A DNA stretch of 64,000 nucleotides from Flectonema sp. DT1601 (taxonomy: Eukaryota): positions 620,001 to 684,000 of the forward strand of contig OZ025805.1 of the NCBI GenBank assembly GCA_964019425.1, given 5' to 3'. Position numbers and translations under genes: made by a program. Of the stretch, positions 47,310 through 61,500 are shown piece after piece (position 1 is the stretch's first letter; every line of letters starts with the position of its first letter). The notes beneath the pieces were generated by a model, which was given only the letters and a program-made list of their open reading frames with translations, was not told where the DNA came from and made no database searches.

Positions 47310-50300
47310 TTATATGGTCATTGTATCAGCCCCCTCACCAGTTGGAGAACCGGGCGCGTTACCTTTTAAGTACGACTGACTTGGGGTAGCTACGTTTCCC
47401 ATTTCGGTTAAATCGAGAGGTTCCTCAGTCATTTTTGAAGATGCCCTATCGCGAGGAGGTGATTTCTGACGTCTCTTAATCAGAGCGAAAACTCCGATAA
47501 GACCCAAACCGCTACCAACAGCGACGAGGGCAAAAGTTACCCAAGTCGGACTGGATTCGGATTGAGTTTCTGTTTCACCGTCGACTGAATCAGCAGAGAT
47601 ATCCAACACCATAACAGGTTCTGTCGTGTAATCTTTTGACCAAGAATTAATATTCGTTAACACAAACTGATCTGGTTCGGTATCACTGAAAGTTTCAGAC
47701 AACACATTCGATTCCGCCTTCGATCCTTCAACTTGAACAGACAGAGTGGCTACAGTTGAACCCTCTGATAGTCTGATATCAACTATATTACCAGAGTGTA
47801 ATCCTGTATTCTGTAATAGATCAGCTGTGAAGGCATGCTTACAGTCTTCAGGTCGATCTTCACACCAAGCAAAACGAGCGTTTACTCTGATCTTCAATCG
47901 AGTGATTGTCTTTCCGTAAGTAATATTATCACATCGTTCTTGTAGAGGCCATGATAAAGCTTTCATCGTGTTTTGATACGCTACTCGTTGGTCGGTTCTC
48001 TGTTGTCCAACTAAGGATTCGAGATGCCCCTCGAGATAGTGCCAGTCACAACAACCCAATAGTTCTTGTCTACGTAAAAGTTGATTTTTACAAGTTGGAT
48101 CATCCGGTAGAGTCCCATTAAGTGTAAATGGACTACAGTGTTCATCAACATGAACCTTTGCATATCTATCAGAACAAAACTTATCGTCAGGATGATCAGA
48201 ACCAGTTAAAACACATTGAGATTTAAATATCCCAGTCGTATTTGATGGAAGGGTATCAGCTGCTAAGATGTCTTCAGTTGCTAATTTCAATACCTTTCTG
48301 ATACAATTCTTCTGTTCAGGCCTCTCATAGTAACAAACATCTTTAACACTTGGTGACAACAACCCGTATGTTGATGATATAATTGGAACAATACTTGATA
48401 GACACTTGTTCATTTGATCATCACGTGTCGCGACGCAAGCTGTTTTTAAAACAAGAAATCGATACACGTGATTCAAATCGTCTCTTAAAACCTTAACGCC
48501 AAGTATCTGCATCCTAGCAGTGTATCTCTGATAGGCTTTCAAAAGCTTACCAACACAAGCATCTTTACAAAGTGTGTTCAGATCAACTGAGTTGAGCTGT
48601 GCTAATTTGATGCTTTCTGATATGTTCTCTGTTGGTTTGGTTTGGTTTTTTTTTTTTTTTTTTTGTATTTAAAAATATAGAGAAAAAGCATACCAACGGC
48701 ATTGTGAGTGTCGTTACAGGACATTGAAAAACAACTGAGTTCAATTATATAAGAAAGCTTAGCAGCGTATGCAGTTGAACAATACTTGCTTACCTTTGAG
48801 ATGGAATTAGTTATTGTTCTGAAACATTCACTGCTGCAGAATTCTTTGGATTGGAGACCAGATTTCAAATTCATTAAATTGTCAGTATGATGTCGACAAA
48901 AATATGAAACATGAATTTTAAATGGTTTGCATCGAAGTTTATTAAGCATTCTAACACGTCTATGATGACTAACTCCTGCTACTGACGATTCGTAGTTAAC
49001 GTGAAATGGAAGTCCATCATATCGGAGAGTGTACATCTCCTGAGTTAGACCGCTAGATATTAATTGTTTTTGTTTTAACAAATGAGTTAATGAATTGTGG
49101 ACTGCATCTGGATCTGATGCTCTCAGTGTGAAAGTGATCGCAGCAGATGATGGTGATATCACTTCCCAAGATTCAATGTAGATTTGAGTCAGAAGAACAC
49201 CAGTTCCGATAGAGACATCAGCTTTTAAACGTGACTTGATCTCTTGTGAATTCGGATGAAGGAACTCAGAATTCCCCTGAACGACTATCTGAAGCGGAAC
49301 TGGCTTCCCGATTGTTTGCGAGACGCATCTCCTTGTTTCCACTCCCGGACAAAGTATTTTCAATCCTTTTTTTAACTCATTAGGTGTGTACAAACCCCTA
49401 TTAACATTCGAAGACAAAGCCTCCATCATACAACAATTACTCGACACCTCATTACAATAATCAGAAACTGATATGTGAGTTGTATTTAAGAAAGCCAGAC
49501 AAGGTTCTTTTCCAGTGTACGCAATCTTTGCCATGTTGCATTCTAAGCTACCTAAAGCGGTGGATACGATGAGTGACTTTGTTGATGACTTGTTTCCATC
49601 AGAGAAATAGTCTCCACAGTAATTGCCATTGTCATCTGTGATACATGATAGAAGAATACCTTGTGTCTGAAGAGAGTCGGGTTCATAGGCAGCCGCAGCT
49701 AATAATTTACACTCGCTGTCTTCATCTGATCCACACATTGCTGTCGAGTTGTATGTTGACAAAGTTCCTTTTATGAAATCACTTTGAAGTTTTGGAAAAC
49801 ACATCTTACCTGTGAAACTCTTCAGACATGCTATTTTTAGAAAATGCCAAGCGCTGATATCAATAGTCGGTTCAGTGAACCCAATGAAAGTCATAACGTT
49901 GTTGAACAAACTCATCGCATGAGCTATCTTACCAACACAGGGGGTACATTGAGTCTCCAGAACATCAGACAAATCCGATTCAATATAAACTACTCCACTA
50001 GTTATCGACTTATACATTGGTAAGAACATCCTTTCGTAAGCTGAAGACAAACAATATTCACCCCTATGTCTGGTACATCGAAGTATGTCAAGTTCTAGTA
50101 TGTTTGATATTGTTTGAGTGCTGCATTCATTTATTATTCTTTTTTTTTTATTACTGCTCTGTAGGTATGCTGACACTCTAGATCTGCACTCTGAGCTGCA
50201 TAACGTTTCTGTGTCAGCTATCAGTAACGTTGTTATGTTGCAATTTAAATCAGCTAACGTCTTGATGCATAATGGAGAGTCCATCGACCTGAGTGAAATT

Positions 50301-51385
50301 TTAACATCATTTTTTGAGTTTAGTTGAGCTGCAATCTTTGCTTGCTCATCAATGTCAGCATTGCTGTCAATCCTCAAATCATCAACGTAGTGCTGATGAT
50401 TAGTTTGGGTTGGATCTTGTTCAGCTGGCCATAGTATTTTCAATGGATTGTTAAAGCCGAAAGCAGAATACCAATAAGCGAGATTAAACGTCGATACTTT
50501 TTTTCTAATCCTCAATCTATTCCATAAAGTAGCAGCCTCCGCTCCAGCAGAGGTATTCCCGAACCCCGCAGTAAACGTGACCCTACCTGCTTGCAAATCA
50601 GTAACAAATATCGCAACACCTTCATAAGACAATATGCTGGTGTTAAAACCTGCTGAACTCAAACTAACGCCCACATCTTCAAGGAAGGCAGCATCAAGAG
50701 ATGACTTGGTAGCCATATCGATATAAGAAGAGACAGGAACACCCTCAAATGTTAGAGGAGCAGTGTGATCCATCATCACTGGTGGTAGTATCTTATCATT
50801 CACACAATTAGATCCAGTCCACATACACGACGGTGACATTTCACATTGAGTTAAATTATTCAACGTGCACGCTAATAAAGGATCCCATGATTTCTGAATA
50901 CAAATACCTGGAGGTGGCATACCCAAAGGGAACATTGGAGGTGGAGGAGGTCCCAATGGCTTCCAAATACAATCTCCATCACAACCAACTGGTGTCATAA
51001 AACGTGAGCATTGAGTAACAGATAATGGTTTCATACTACAACCATTAAAGTCCCATGCACAGGGAGGACTACAAGCGAATGGATTTGATTTGTGTTTGCA
51101 CATGTCTTCATCAATTGGAGGAGGTAAAGAATTGACAGTCTGACATTTTGATGAATTCCATGAGCAAACACCTCCCAACATATGTGAACACTCTGCATGT
51201 GACGTCGCTAACTCGCAACTGTTCCATCGAATTGGTGGACAGAATGGTGGCGGTGGTAGTCCACTCATTCCAGTCAACCACGGATAACAATCACCCGACT
51301 CACCTAACGGTGCTCCATTACGCCCAACAACATCCCCTGTTACTACTGTTGCTGACCCCAACCCCAGTAGTAACACAGCTTTCAT
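47310..51385 (-). CDS. Cys-rich type I membrane protein (~1,336 aa, 2 exons)
   Basis: Exons 51385-48694 and 48628-47310, joined by a 65-nt GTATG..ACAG intron. Signal peptide, repeated CxW..C and Pro-rich motifs, SEA-like segment (IRLSEGSTVATL), TM WVTFALVAVGSGLGLIGVFALI followed by KRR. Confidence 0.85.
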
Positions 51386-51896
51386 GGTATTTTTTGGTCC
51401 GTTTTCTCGAGCCGAAAATTCGACTCCAGATCGCCTGAGGGAAGTTAAAAAATATTAGTTTTGTTACATAAAATGAAAAACTTTAAAAAAAAATCTGAAA
51501 AAGAAAAAACACATCAACTCATGTAGTGTTTCTGAATTCAATCATTGTGAAGTGGATCCTTTTAATAAATAAATTAAGAAATAATTCAAAACTCTCATCA
51601 GTTTTTTTTTCTTTTTAAACGAAAATAACAAACAATTCGGTTATCTAAACCTCCGTTGAGGAGAACATGGGAAATACTAAAAAAAAGGAGGAAAAATAAC
51701 AACTTTTTATTTTATTTTATTTTTGTTAACAATATAACGATAAGGATACAATAAGGGAAGAGGGATAGAGATTGGTATACTCCGAAAAAGAAAAAAACAA
51801 ATTTCTTCTTCTTTTTTTTTTTTTTTTTAAATAATACAAAGGATAATAATCAAACACAAACTTACAATAAAATGAATCAATAATGTAACTACCGTC

Positions 51897-51960
51897 TTAG
51901 ACGTCTTCTAACTTTCTCCACTCTTCAAGAACGCTCATCATTTCCTTTTCGAATGAGCTG

Positions 51961-51992
<32 letters not shown>

Positions 51993-53826
51993 AGAAAAGA
52001 CACATAAAAACAAACATCAAATACGTACCTGACAACTACAGTTCCGATGTCAACCTCGACAGGGTCTGGTGAGGAAGCTTCAACAACAACGTGTTGGTGA
52101 GGTTGCTGAATTATTTTGTTATTTTAAACTCCGAAGAGTTGTCTCACCACTGTAGACGACGACCATTTAAATAAATGATTATTAGAGGAAGGGGTTTGGA
52201 TAATACCACCTTCTACTCCACTCAAAGAAAAAAAAAAAAGTTTTAACAAATAAAAACAACACATACCATTACAGGTGGAGGCTGTGACATCTGTTGTGAA
52301 ACACCCAAACTGGGATGTTGTTGTCTACGAGTCTCAATAGATTTTGAACCATAGCCAATTCCTGTTGATATTGCCTGACCGTGCATTAGGATGTCACTTG
52401 ACTGACGACATATCTTTGGTGTGAAGGTACAATGTTGTAATTCTCTTTCTTCAATTTCTTTCTTAATCGCATTGACACGTTCTTGACGATGCAAAACAAG
52501 TCTTTCATTTCTTCTAATGAACGCTTGAGTACAATATGCTGGAGCTCCTGATACATCATTCCTAACAGACCTGTCAGCATTCGGTGTTGTTGGCTGGGAT
52601 AAAATATTAGAAGGTTTCCTCTTTGATTTACTTGAGAACTTTTCCCTGTCGTATAAAGGTTTCTTCCCTTTAGCGGTGACCATCTCTCTGGAACGGTTGT
52701 TTAGTCGAGGATGGAAGGAGTATTTTTGACTGTGATCTTCTGAAGCAGCCCGTTCTTTTTTCTTTTGAACTTCCTGACCTCGAGACAACAAGCTGTGGAT
52801 GACAGAGTCAGTATCTCTACTACGTGATCTACGTTGACAAGGAGTCACACCTGGTGTTTGAGGTTTGAAGTATGGTTGATCAGTAACTGGGTCAACGAGT
52901 TCTCTCAAAGAAGCCATGTTGACCATATTTCTGAGTCTTTCTTCCTTTCTCGAAGCTTCCTCATAAAGTCGTTCCCCAACACCTCCATCCCTCTGAAGGT
53001 TTGCAGAGGTCACGTTAATGTTTGGTGAGAACACCTCCCTGTCTGGGATTATATTTTTCTTAGTCTGAAATTTTGCAAAATGTTTGTTCCATCCACTGAT
53101 AGGCCCTCGATATTTTGACTTCAATCTGCCACGTTCAACCATCGCAGCACTCTTTGGGTTTATCTCAACTTTCTGAAGAGTTTCAGCAATAGTGTCCATG
53201 TTTCTCTTTGCTTCATGTTTTCTTCTTTCTTTTTCTAAACGTTTTGACCAGAGAGTGTTGTGTTCCGCAAATTCAGATCCTTTTGATGGTAGTTGTCGAG
53301 CTCTGTTAGTAATCATTGGTTTTGCAGTAACCGTTGAAAGCTCAGCTACTATCTGATGCTCGCGTTCTCTACGAAGACGTTCTTGCCGATTACGTTGCAT
53401 ACCACAACCAATGTAGTAGAGTCGTTCTCCAACAGAGAGCCTCGTGATGTCAATATCTGTAGATTCTGTTAATTGTTCTTCAGAAGGTCCAACAGGTACA
53501 TGAGTTGAGAAGTTAATATTATTAATTGTTGAGGTATCGAATGAGGGACTTTCATGAATGACAGGTTCCCTTATTGAGAAAGGTTCTTCTTTATAGTTAT
53601 CTTCATCATCGTAGTCGTCAACTCCAAGAGAGAGTCCTGCCATCATGTCAGTCATATTAGCATCACCATCATTTAACATTCCAGTTGCTGCGATTAACTG
53701 ACTCTCGTCGTACTCTTGTCCAGTGAAATGATCATCTCCGGTGTGCTCAGAGAGTCTTTCCTCGACTATGTCTTCTTCCAGTCGTTCTTCAACTCCGTCA
53801 GATACCTGCTCTTCCCTCTCTTCCAT
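51897..53826 (-). CDS. Hypothetical protein with (F/T)xPxI and ERLY repeats, possibly cytoskeletal (~565 aa, 3 exons)
   Basis: Exons 53826-52267, 52105-52029, 51957-51897 (ends ...SFEKEMMSVLEEWRKLEDV*). Repeats VFSPNIN, YSFHPRLN, CTFTPKI, and GERLY twice. The first acceptor is less certain. Confidence 0.7.
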
Positions 53827-54171
53827 GTTCGTGTGTGTTATACCTGATTACGTTAAGTCGTGGTTATATAGTGTCTAATAGCTTCAAATCAGAATGAAAA
53901 TTCCTCTCCCTCCAACACATAATAACAAAGAGAGGTATGTAATAAGTGATTTCCAACATAGAAGTGATTACTGCACCGAAAGCCAAAACGTAAAAAAAAA
54001 ATGATATTCTCACAAAGGAGAGAGAGAGAGGGTTCTCTGTTTCTTATAAGTTTCGTTCGTGGTATAAATGAATAATAGAATGGTTTGATTTCTGTGTGTT
54101 GATCTCCATTAGGAGAGCCCGTCTGTAGTCTGTGATAATACAAATTTATTTTTTTTCTTTTTTTTTTTTAT

Positions 54172-54783
54172 TCACATTCGATCGATGCCTTGACGACATT
54201 CACTATTACTACTGGGCGGTATAAGTAATGATACGGCTTCATCGATTCCCGCTTTCGGAAATTTTTCAATAATCCTGGTAGCAACAAGTGGTGTTACCAA
54301 ATCATATAGTCTCCAGATACCGCCATCAGGAAGTCTTCCAGCATTTCGGAGGGTGAAGCGGGGTAAGGTATCGAGTGAACGGAATAGCTGACCAAGTCCG
54401 ATTTGATTGCTCTGAACTTTATCAAAGATAGCTCTCGATTTAATCCTGACAGCAGAGCTTGCGATACAAAATAATGAATTGCCGCAATTGATGTTAACAA
54501 GTCTGTCGAAGAGAGAGTTTTCACCATCATCACCCGACTCAACAATTTCATTTCTAACAACTTCTACGACAACACTCTTTGCGAACCATGCAGAAATGGT
54601 CGATTGAAGATTTCCGTGAGCTAGCAACAACACCCTCTCAAAAGGACCAAATCCACTAAACTGCTCCGGAAACACCCCATTAGCTGTAATCAAACCATCA
54701 TCCTTCTCACCTCCATCAAATTTTATACATCCATCTGGAATCTCAAGATGACTCCCAAAATCTATTTCATCTAAATTCTGCAT
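54172..54783 (-). CDS. Chorismate-lyase/UTRA-fold-like protein (203 aa)
   Basis: ERVLLLAHGNLQ, FDRLV, IGLGQLFR, WRLYDL, IIEKFP pattern. Start at MQNL, directly after a pyrimidine-rich TAG (54786-54788). Confidence 0.6.
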   Translation of the reverse strand: MQNLDEIDFGSHLEIPDGCIKFDGGEKDDGLITANGVFPEQFSGFGPFERVLLLAHGNLQSTISAWFAKSVVVEVVRNEIVESGDDGENSLFDRLVNINCGNSLFCIASSAVRIKSRAIFDKVQSNQIGLGQLFRSLDTLPRFTLRNAGRLPDGGIWRLYDLVTPLVATRIIEKFPKAGIDEAVSLLIPPSSNSECRQGIDRM

Positions 54784-55526
54784 ACCTATGAAGTGAAGGG
54801 AAGGAAGAATATTTTTAAAAAAATCTAAAAAATTAAATAAAAAACGTATTGTTTCATTTCTCTCCCCCCCCCCTCTCACACGGTATATGAAAAAAACCTA
54901 CCTGAAGAGAAAAAGAGAATGGGGGAAAAAGAAAAAAATATAACTAAAAGTCGAAATATTCTAACTACATCGTGTAAGGGACCAGCATACGGCCAACAGA
55001 GTGAGTAGCGGAAAAAAAAAAAAAAAAAAAAAAACATAACAAAAAACAAGCAACAGTATTGTCGGTAAGAAAGTAACAAATATAAACGGCAAAAAAAAAA
55101 AAAAAAAAAAAAAGAGGGGGGGCAGTAAGGTTACATAAGTCCTGTACAATACGACGGTATTGTTCATGCAACCACAAATTAACTTTCGTCGTTCGCGCAT
55201 AATTCACGTGGCAGTGCCATAATCACATTAAGTATTCTGTCTGCATTCTATTAGTAGCAACATAAAGGGAAGGAACAAAAGTGTAAATATCGAAACAAGA
55301 AGGCTACACAAAGAAACCAATCCCAACAACTACTACGATAGTGATGTAATATAAAAAAAAATTAAAAAAAAAACAAATGGCTGGAAGAAATCTTGTGCAA
55401 GTCGTAGAGTATAAGTACAATCAGAAAGTGTTATTTTCAATCCTAAACACGGACAGTCAATCACATGCTTAAGACAAGATGTTGAGAGTATCAATTGTCA
55501 ACATCGTATGCTTGAAACTGACATCA

Positions 55527-58500
55527 TCACGAAGAGCTTTCCTGCAGAGATTCCTTTATACGCGTTACCTGTTGTTGATAATCTGAACACTGCCTGCTAT
55601 TTAAAGAGAGAAGTTGTTCCTTTTGATGTAACTGAGCTGTGAGGGAAACAATCTTTTGTCGAAGCTCTTCTTTCTTTTTGAGAAGAGTTTCTGGATCGCC
55701 AGAAACCATATAACGATTTCTAAAAGAAGCCATACGAGCAGAAAACGTTCGTGGAAGAGGTGCTGCTTCAGGAGACATAAGCTCCTCATCAGTTCCAGAC
55801 GACTCTAAATCATCACCCCATGAAGAAGGATTACGAGGTTCACATAGTTCACCATCAGCATTTCTCGGTGTTGCCACTGATATAGAAACAACATTTCTCG
55901 GACTCCCACTTTCTTCTGATAAAAGTCTGTGAAACGTTTCCGGAGTGTCAACCGTGATTCCTTCAACAGCTACAACTCTCATACCAACATCAATCCGGGA
56001 TGGTCTTTTCGTTGATCTTGGAAATGAAATTATTCGCATATCAGAATCGAACTGGATGCCACTAACAGCACTCAATTCAACCTCATAATGTAAAGTTGGA
56101 ACAGCGCTGGTAGCAAGGTCAATTTCAGATTCAAATGATGTCCAGTATTGTTGATTTGGTTGGCTGTCACTAAGTTGTGGATTTGACAATCTTTCTTTTT
56201 GAATTAATCTAATCAGCTTAAGTAAACAAACAGTATGCTTTACATTTATTGATAAATTGGAAACTGCTGTATTGGTATCGCCTATCACAGTTGAAATGAA
56301 ATTCTCAACAGTAAACCCAACATCTAAGAATTCACAATGCTCTAATACTTTAATTAGAATCGAACAAACTGTTTCAATAACAGTGTTGTCGGACTCTGAG
56401 TATCTCTCACGGATCTGTTGTTCTTGAGAAGAAGAAAGCTCCACGCAGTACATTTCAGGGACGGGTTTTAAATCAGTTATCCAAGACAGACTATTTGATT
56501 TGCTAACAAACATTTCAAGCAAGCCTTGGCAATGACAAATTTTCAATTCTGGGATGGCAGCCGTATCACTGAAACCTTTCGAATCAGCAGCTTCTAAACC
56601 TTGGAACAGCAGCGGGTATAATTCATCATTGATATTATTGTCACTAGATTCAACTATTGAATTAATCACACACAATAATGATGATAGCTGTGTTTTTTTT
56701 GATTGGCTTAACCTTTTTTGTGTCTAAGAGTATAAAGTTATTTACAAACCTGTTCACCAGTAAATCCATACGAAGCAACTTCTAATTGTGAGTCATACCC
56801 AATTGGTATTGGGGTTCGTAACCCTTCTGGACATGATTTAATCTGTTTTATTGTTATTATTAACTTAATTTTTCATACCATAGTAATATAACAATTTTTT
56901 TGTGTCACGAAACTCCTCCCCTCCCCCCCCCCCCCCCCCCCCCGTGAACCGACTTAAAACTGATAAAGCTATGTTAAAAATAAAGTAAACACAAACCAGC
57001 TTCTCTGCTCGGAACTCTGCCTCTACTAAAGGGACACCTGGGGCAGGAGGTCTGAAAATAAATGGCAGGAATTTCGGAAGCTGGAGCTTTGGTATTAACA
57101 GTCCGGTGTGCAAAGCAAGAACTTCCTCAATAGCTAACCAATCCGTATAGCGAGATGCTGTTGTGTGAGATCTGCAAAGTGTTTCTGCGATCTGAAGAGG
57201 CCGTAGTTGCATACCACATTCTGAATTTGGTAATAACTGAAGTGATATGTCATCGATAACATTAAAGTTTGAAGTACCTCTCAACTGAGTAACGATTGTG
57301 TTATATTTCTGAATAAGCGCATGCAATGCTGCTCTACACAGGTTAGCATTCGATGGTAAATCTGATCCTCCGATTATCCAAAACTCGATGACATCAATAA
57401 GACTGTCGTCGTCTGATAAGATGACGTTCAAACCACCTTCTTCACACTCGTAATCGAGGGCACCGATTTTTTCAATGTAACTATTCCACAGTAATTTGAT
57501 ATTACGAAGTTCTTCAGCAGCGATGGCGCCTTCCTCAGAACCAGCAATCCTCGTCACTGTTGATGTGATGGAGTTTGAATTCCATCCCTTCGGAACTACC
57601 TTCCCAAGAAGACTATAAACTTTACTCGCAAACTTATACAAAGCCAAGATCAACGGGATCGTTAATTTCAAAGTATTCTCGTGGTGAATGCAAATTTCTG
57701 CTAAGACGACTTTCTTTCGAAGATGTTGTGGAAAATTTGATATCTGCTTTCCAATTACTGTTGTACTCGGAAGGTATGGTTTATTAGTCTCTGACCAGTT
57801 TGATAACTGTTTCAATGTTAGACACATATCCGAAGGAGGTTTCGATAACACTACTCTGTCAGTAGTAGTCATTCTAACCCAATAATTCTCAATCTGTTTT
57901 TCAACTTCAGCTGCATCTTGATGAGTTGGAAAAGTTGTTATCGACAACAGAGTTGTTTCTGGAGCATCTGTCAACAAGTTATTAAGAAAGAATGCAAACA
58001 TGCGTTGAGCTTCATCAATACTAAGACCAGTGTTAGTACCCATGTGTAAGTGATAAGCTATTGATCTCTCAGTAAGTTGATTTATTAGGTGATGGCGATT
58101 ACTTATCCCACGTTGATATCCAAAAGTTTTCGACTGTAATATAGTTGAGAAATACCAATTCCAAAGAGTGTCAAAATTTGATGGAAAAATCAACAAATTC
58201 AAAGCCAAAGCCGTGAACTGAACTCCCCATAATAAATAACAAGAACCCGTATTTAGATTAGCCTGACCTCGAGCGCACGAATCGATGACTCCCTTCTCAT
58301 CAAGTTGAGTGACGCAATCAAACTTAAAACAACCTCCTTGACTAATAGCAACCCCAGTCTTGTCTCCCGGAAGATAATTTCCCTTCTGAGCATCTGGATT
58401 CATAAGTAAACTTCCCATGAATGAATGCGGCATAGATGCGCCAACAGCCCATACGCTACAGGCGAATTCCGACCAATTGCTGTTACAGTCTAACAGTTCT

Positions 58501-61500
58501 GAAACGATTCCCATGTCAGACTCTGGATCATCTAACAGTATTTTATAGTTCAGTGATACGGTCAATAGTCTCGTCTGTGCGGAGTTTAATTGAAGTGTCT
58601 CGGATAAATCTGAAATTACTGTTTTCCGAACATCTTCGTTGTCTCCTCCAAAAACAATTTGTTCCCTCAAATAAAACCTCAGCACACAAAAGTATAACAA
58701 CAATGAAATATGTTCCAACGTTAATATGACATTTCTTCCTTCAGAAATTATCTTTCCTGATGTGAAATCTGATATCAGATTTGATAAACTCTGAGGAGAA
58801 ACAATCCCATCAGCAATTTGAGAAAGTTGTTTCTTGAGAGCCAGATAGGGTTCATGCAGATCACTCGTCAACATATAAACAAAAGGAAGATCCCCGGGCT
58901 TCGTCGTTAAAGGCTGCGCGTTTATACATTTCTGTTTCAAGTATTCACCGCATAACTCAACGACAGGATGAGTTTCTACACTTCCTGCGGTACTTTCATT
59001 TACGAATGATCGGAGTAGTGTTAACATGTCCATTGTTCCAGTTAACGATTCAATATGGAGTAGTAGAATGGATATGTTCCTCTCAACAACTTCATCTACA
59101 GGGACGGTTACGATTTCAATGGTGGAGTTAGGATTGGGACACTTGTATCCAGAGGGTTCGATGAGAGATTTGATAACTTTTTTCGTCTTTTTTGTACTAA
59201 TTTTTGAAACTTGAGAGTTAGAAGCAACCAAACTCGCCAAACATTTCAAGACAAAAAATCCAATCGCATTCAACTGACAACAATACAAAAACTTTCTGTG
59301 ACTCGACAAGACCTGATCATCGTCAATAATATTTTCAATTTCAATATATTTGTCGACCATCGCTACCAATGACTTTTCTGAAAGAGAGACATCGCTTGTT
59401 ATTCCAACTAAACTATCAACATAGTAATCACAAGCAGCCATATACAAATACGACTCGCTCGGTAATTGAAACCTAGTTGGACTTCCCGAAGGGAAGATAT
59501 CATCGATGGAATCGGCTTCAATTTTACAAATCGATTCCGAGATGACATTCTCAAACTCAAAGGTACATTCTTTCATTATTGCTGTAAAACACGAACATGC
59601 TGCTCCTCTTTGAATAACTCCACTCTTAATCGTCCCCAATACCAACTCTAACACCGAAGATGACACAGCAATCGCTTGAGTTAGTCTTACATGGTTTTCA
59701 AACCCACATAAAAAAATAGCAATTTCACCCACAATCCAAGGCTCTAACAAAGGTTCAAACGTTCCTTTCATTAAGGGTAGTAAGGTCTCAGTGCAGATGC
59801 TGTTGTTATTTAGAGACCTGTTTACAAACAGTTTAGTTGCTTGTAATAGTTGATTGTGAGACTTGGTGACTGGTTGGCAGAATATGTACAAAATAACCTT
59901 TAACAACAACAGAGATTGGCTTGAGTATATTTCTTGTGAATCATGTAAATGGAGGATCGATGATATGGAGACTTTGAAATTATTTGCTGAAGCTGAAGAG
60001 AAACTTTGACCATCAATCAAGAACTGTTTTAACTTTCCAATAATGATGTTTGAACAGAAATTTTTTGATAATTTTTTTGGGGTCATGTCGTCGGTTATTT
60101 TATTTTCACATCCATCATCAAGAAAGTCACCCACACCGATCGGAATCAGCACAGCAACAGTCTCTCTGAGAATATCATCAAAAAATATTTGCGTTGCAAT
60201 AATCGACAAAACTGAGCATTCCGAAAAATATTTGTCATGAAGTCGGACTAACAAAGCGATTACGACAGGAGTCACATTCTTAACGACTACTGATGACGGG
60301 TGTGAAACAAGTCTTCCAACAAAATCATAAATAAAATAATCAAGAACCTCCCTACTTGAATTTATGTTGTCAACCATTTCCTCAATCAATTTACCCGAAC
60401 AACACTTTTTCAATAACCAGTCATGAACTGACGGCGGAGATAGTTTTGGTGAATTATTTGGTACTTGCAGCAGCCATATAAGAGCAGCTGACCCAGGTAA
60501 TTTCGGAGGAACACCTCGAATGTTAAGTCCTCCTGAATCCGATACGAATATTCCATCTAAGAGAGCAACGTGATTCTTTCTCAACGACTGAAAGGTCTGT
60601 TGTCCATCAACGATAATATGACTAAGAACTCCTGCTACCAAAGTATCACCAAGACTTTGACCTGAATTAGCTAAAAGAGCATCAGCATTGCCATCATGAA
60701 GTAGGATCTTCAAACTTAACGCGAGAAGTCCAACTGCAGCTCTGCTTTCTTCATCAATAAGTAGTTGAGTTATGGAAACCTTGTCCTCTCGAGCTGTGTG
60801 TTATTTATTATTTTATTTCAAAAAAAAAACAAAAAAAAAAAAAAAAAAAGGGGGCTATTAAAAACAACATACCTCTAATGTGATAGTTGCTCGCGACATC
60901 AGCAGCCAGCTCCACCATTTCTGAATTCGTTGGTAGTCTCTCAGAATATAGTTTTACAAGAGTACTTTTAACAACTGGACAGGCATCAAAGAGTGACATA
61001 GCAGCTCGTATTCTAACAGGGAAAGCGACAGTTTCATCATACAAAGGAGAGACTGCTACATCGGAAGAGGTTGGTGTTATTTCCCAATTCAATTTCACAG
61101 CTGACGATAAGAGATATTCAAATACTTTTTCCCAACTAAGTTCCGTCGGGTTTGGTGTTACTGTCATCGGTAAGATAGCTTGCGGAGCAAATCGCTGCAT
61201 TTTAAACTTTTCAGCCGAAGCATCAGAAAAGTACACATCCCAACCTGAAGCAAAACGAGCACCCACTGCAGGTGATAAGATTTCGTAACTGAATGGCTGA
61301 ATGAGGACCACCGCCTTACACATTTTTCGACTAGGACCAGTTCCACAGTGATACTCAAGTATACTGCGAACCTCTCTAATTTCAGGATGTCCTTGGCTTT
61401 TAACACCAAATACGACTAATAAAGTATGGATGACTGGATCTGAACAAAACTTATGAACTTGTTCCTGAAACACTTCCAAACCCCTTTCGGTATTCAATAG

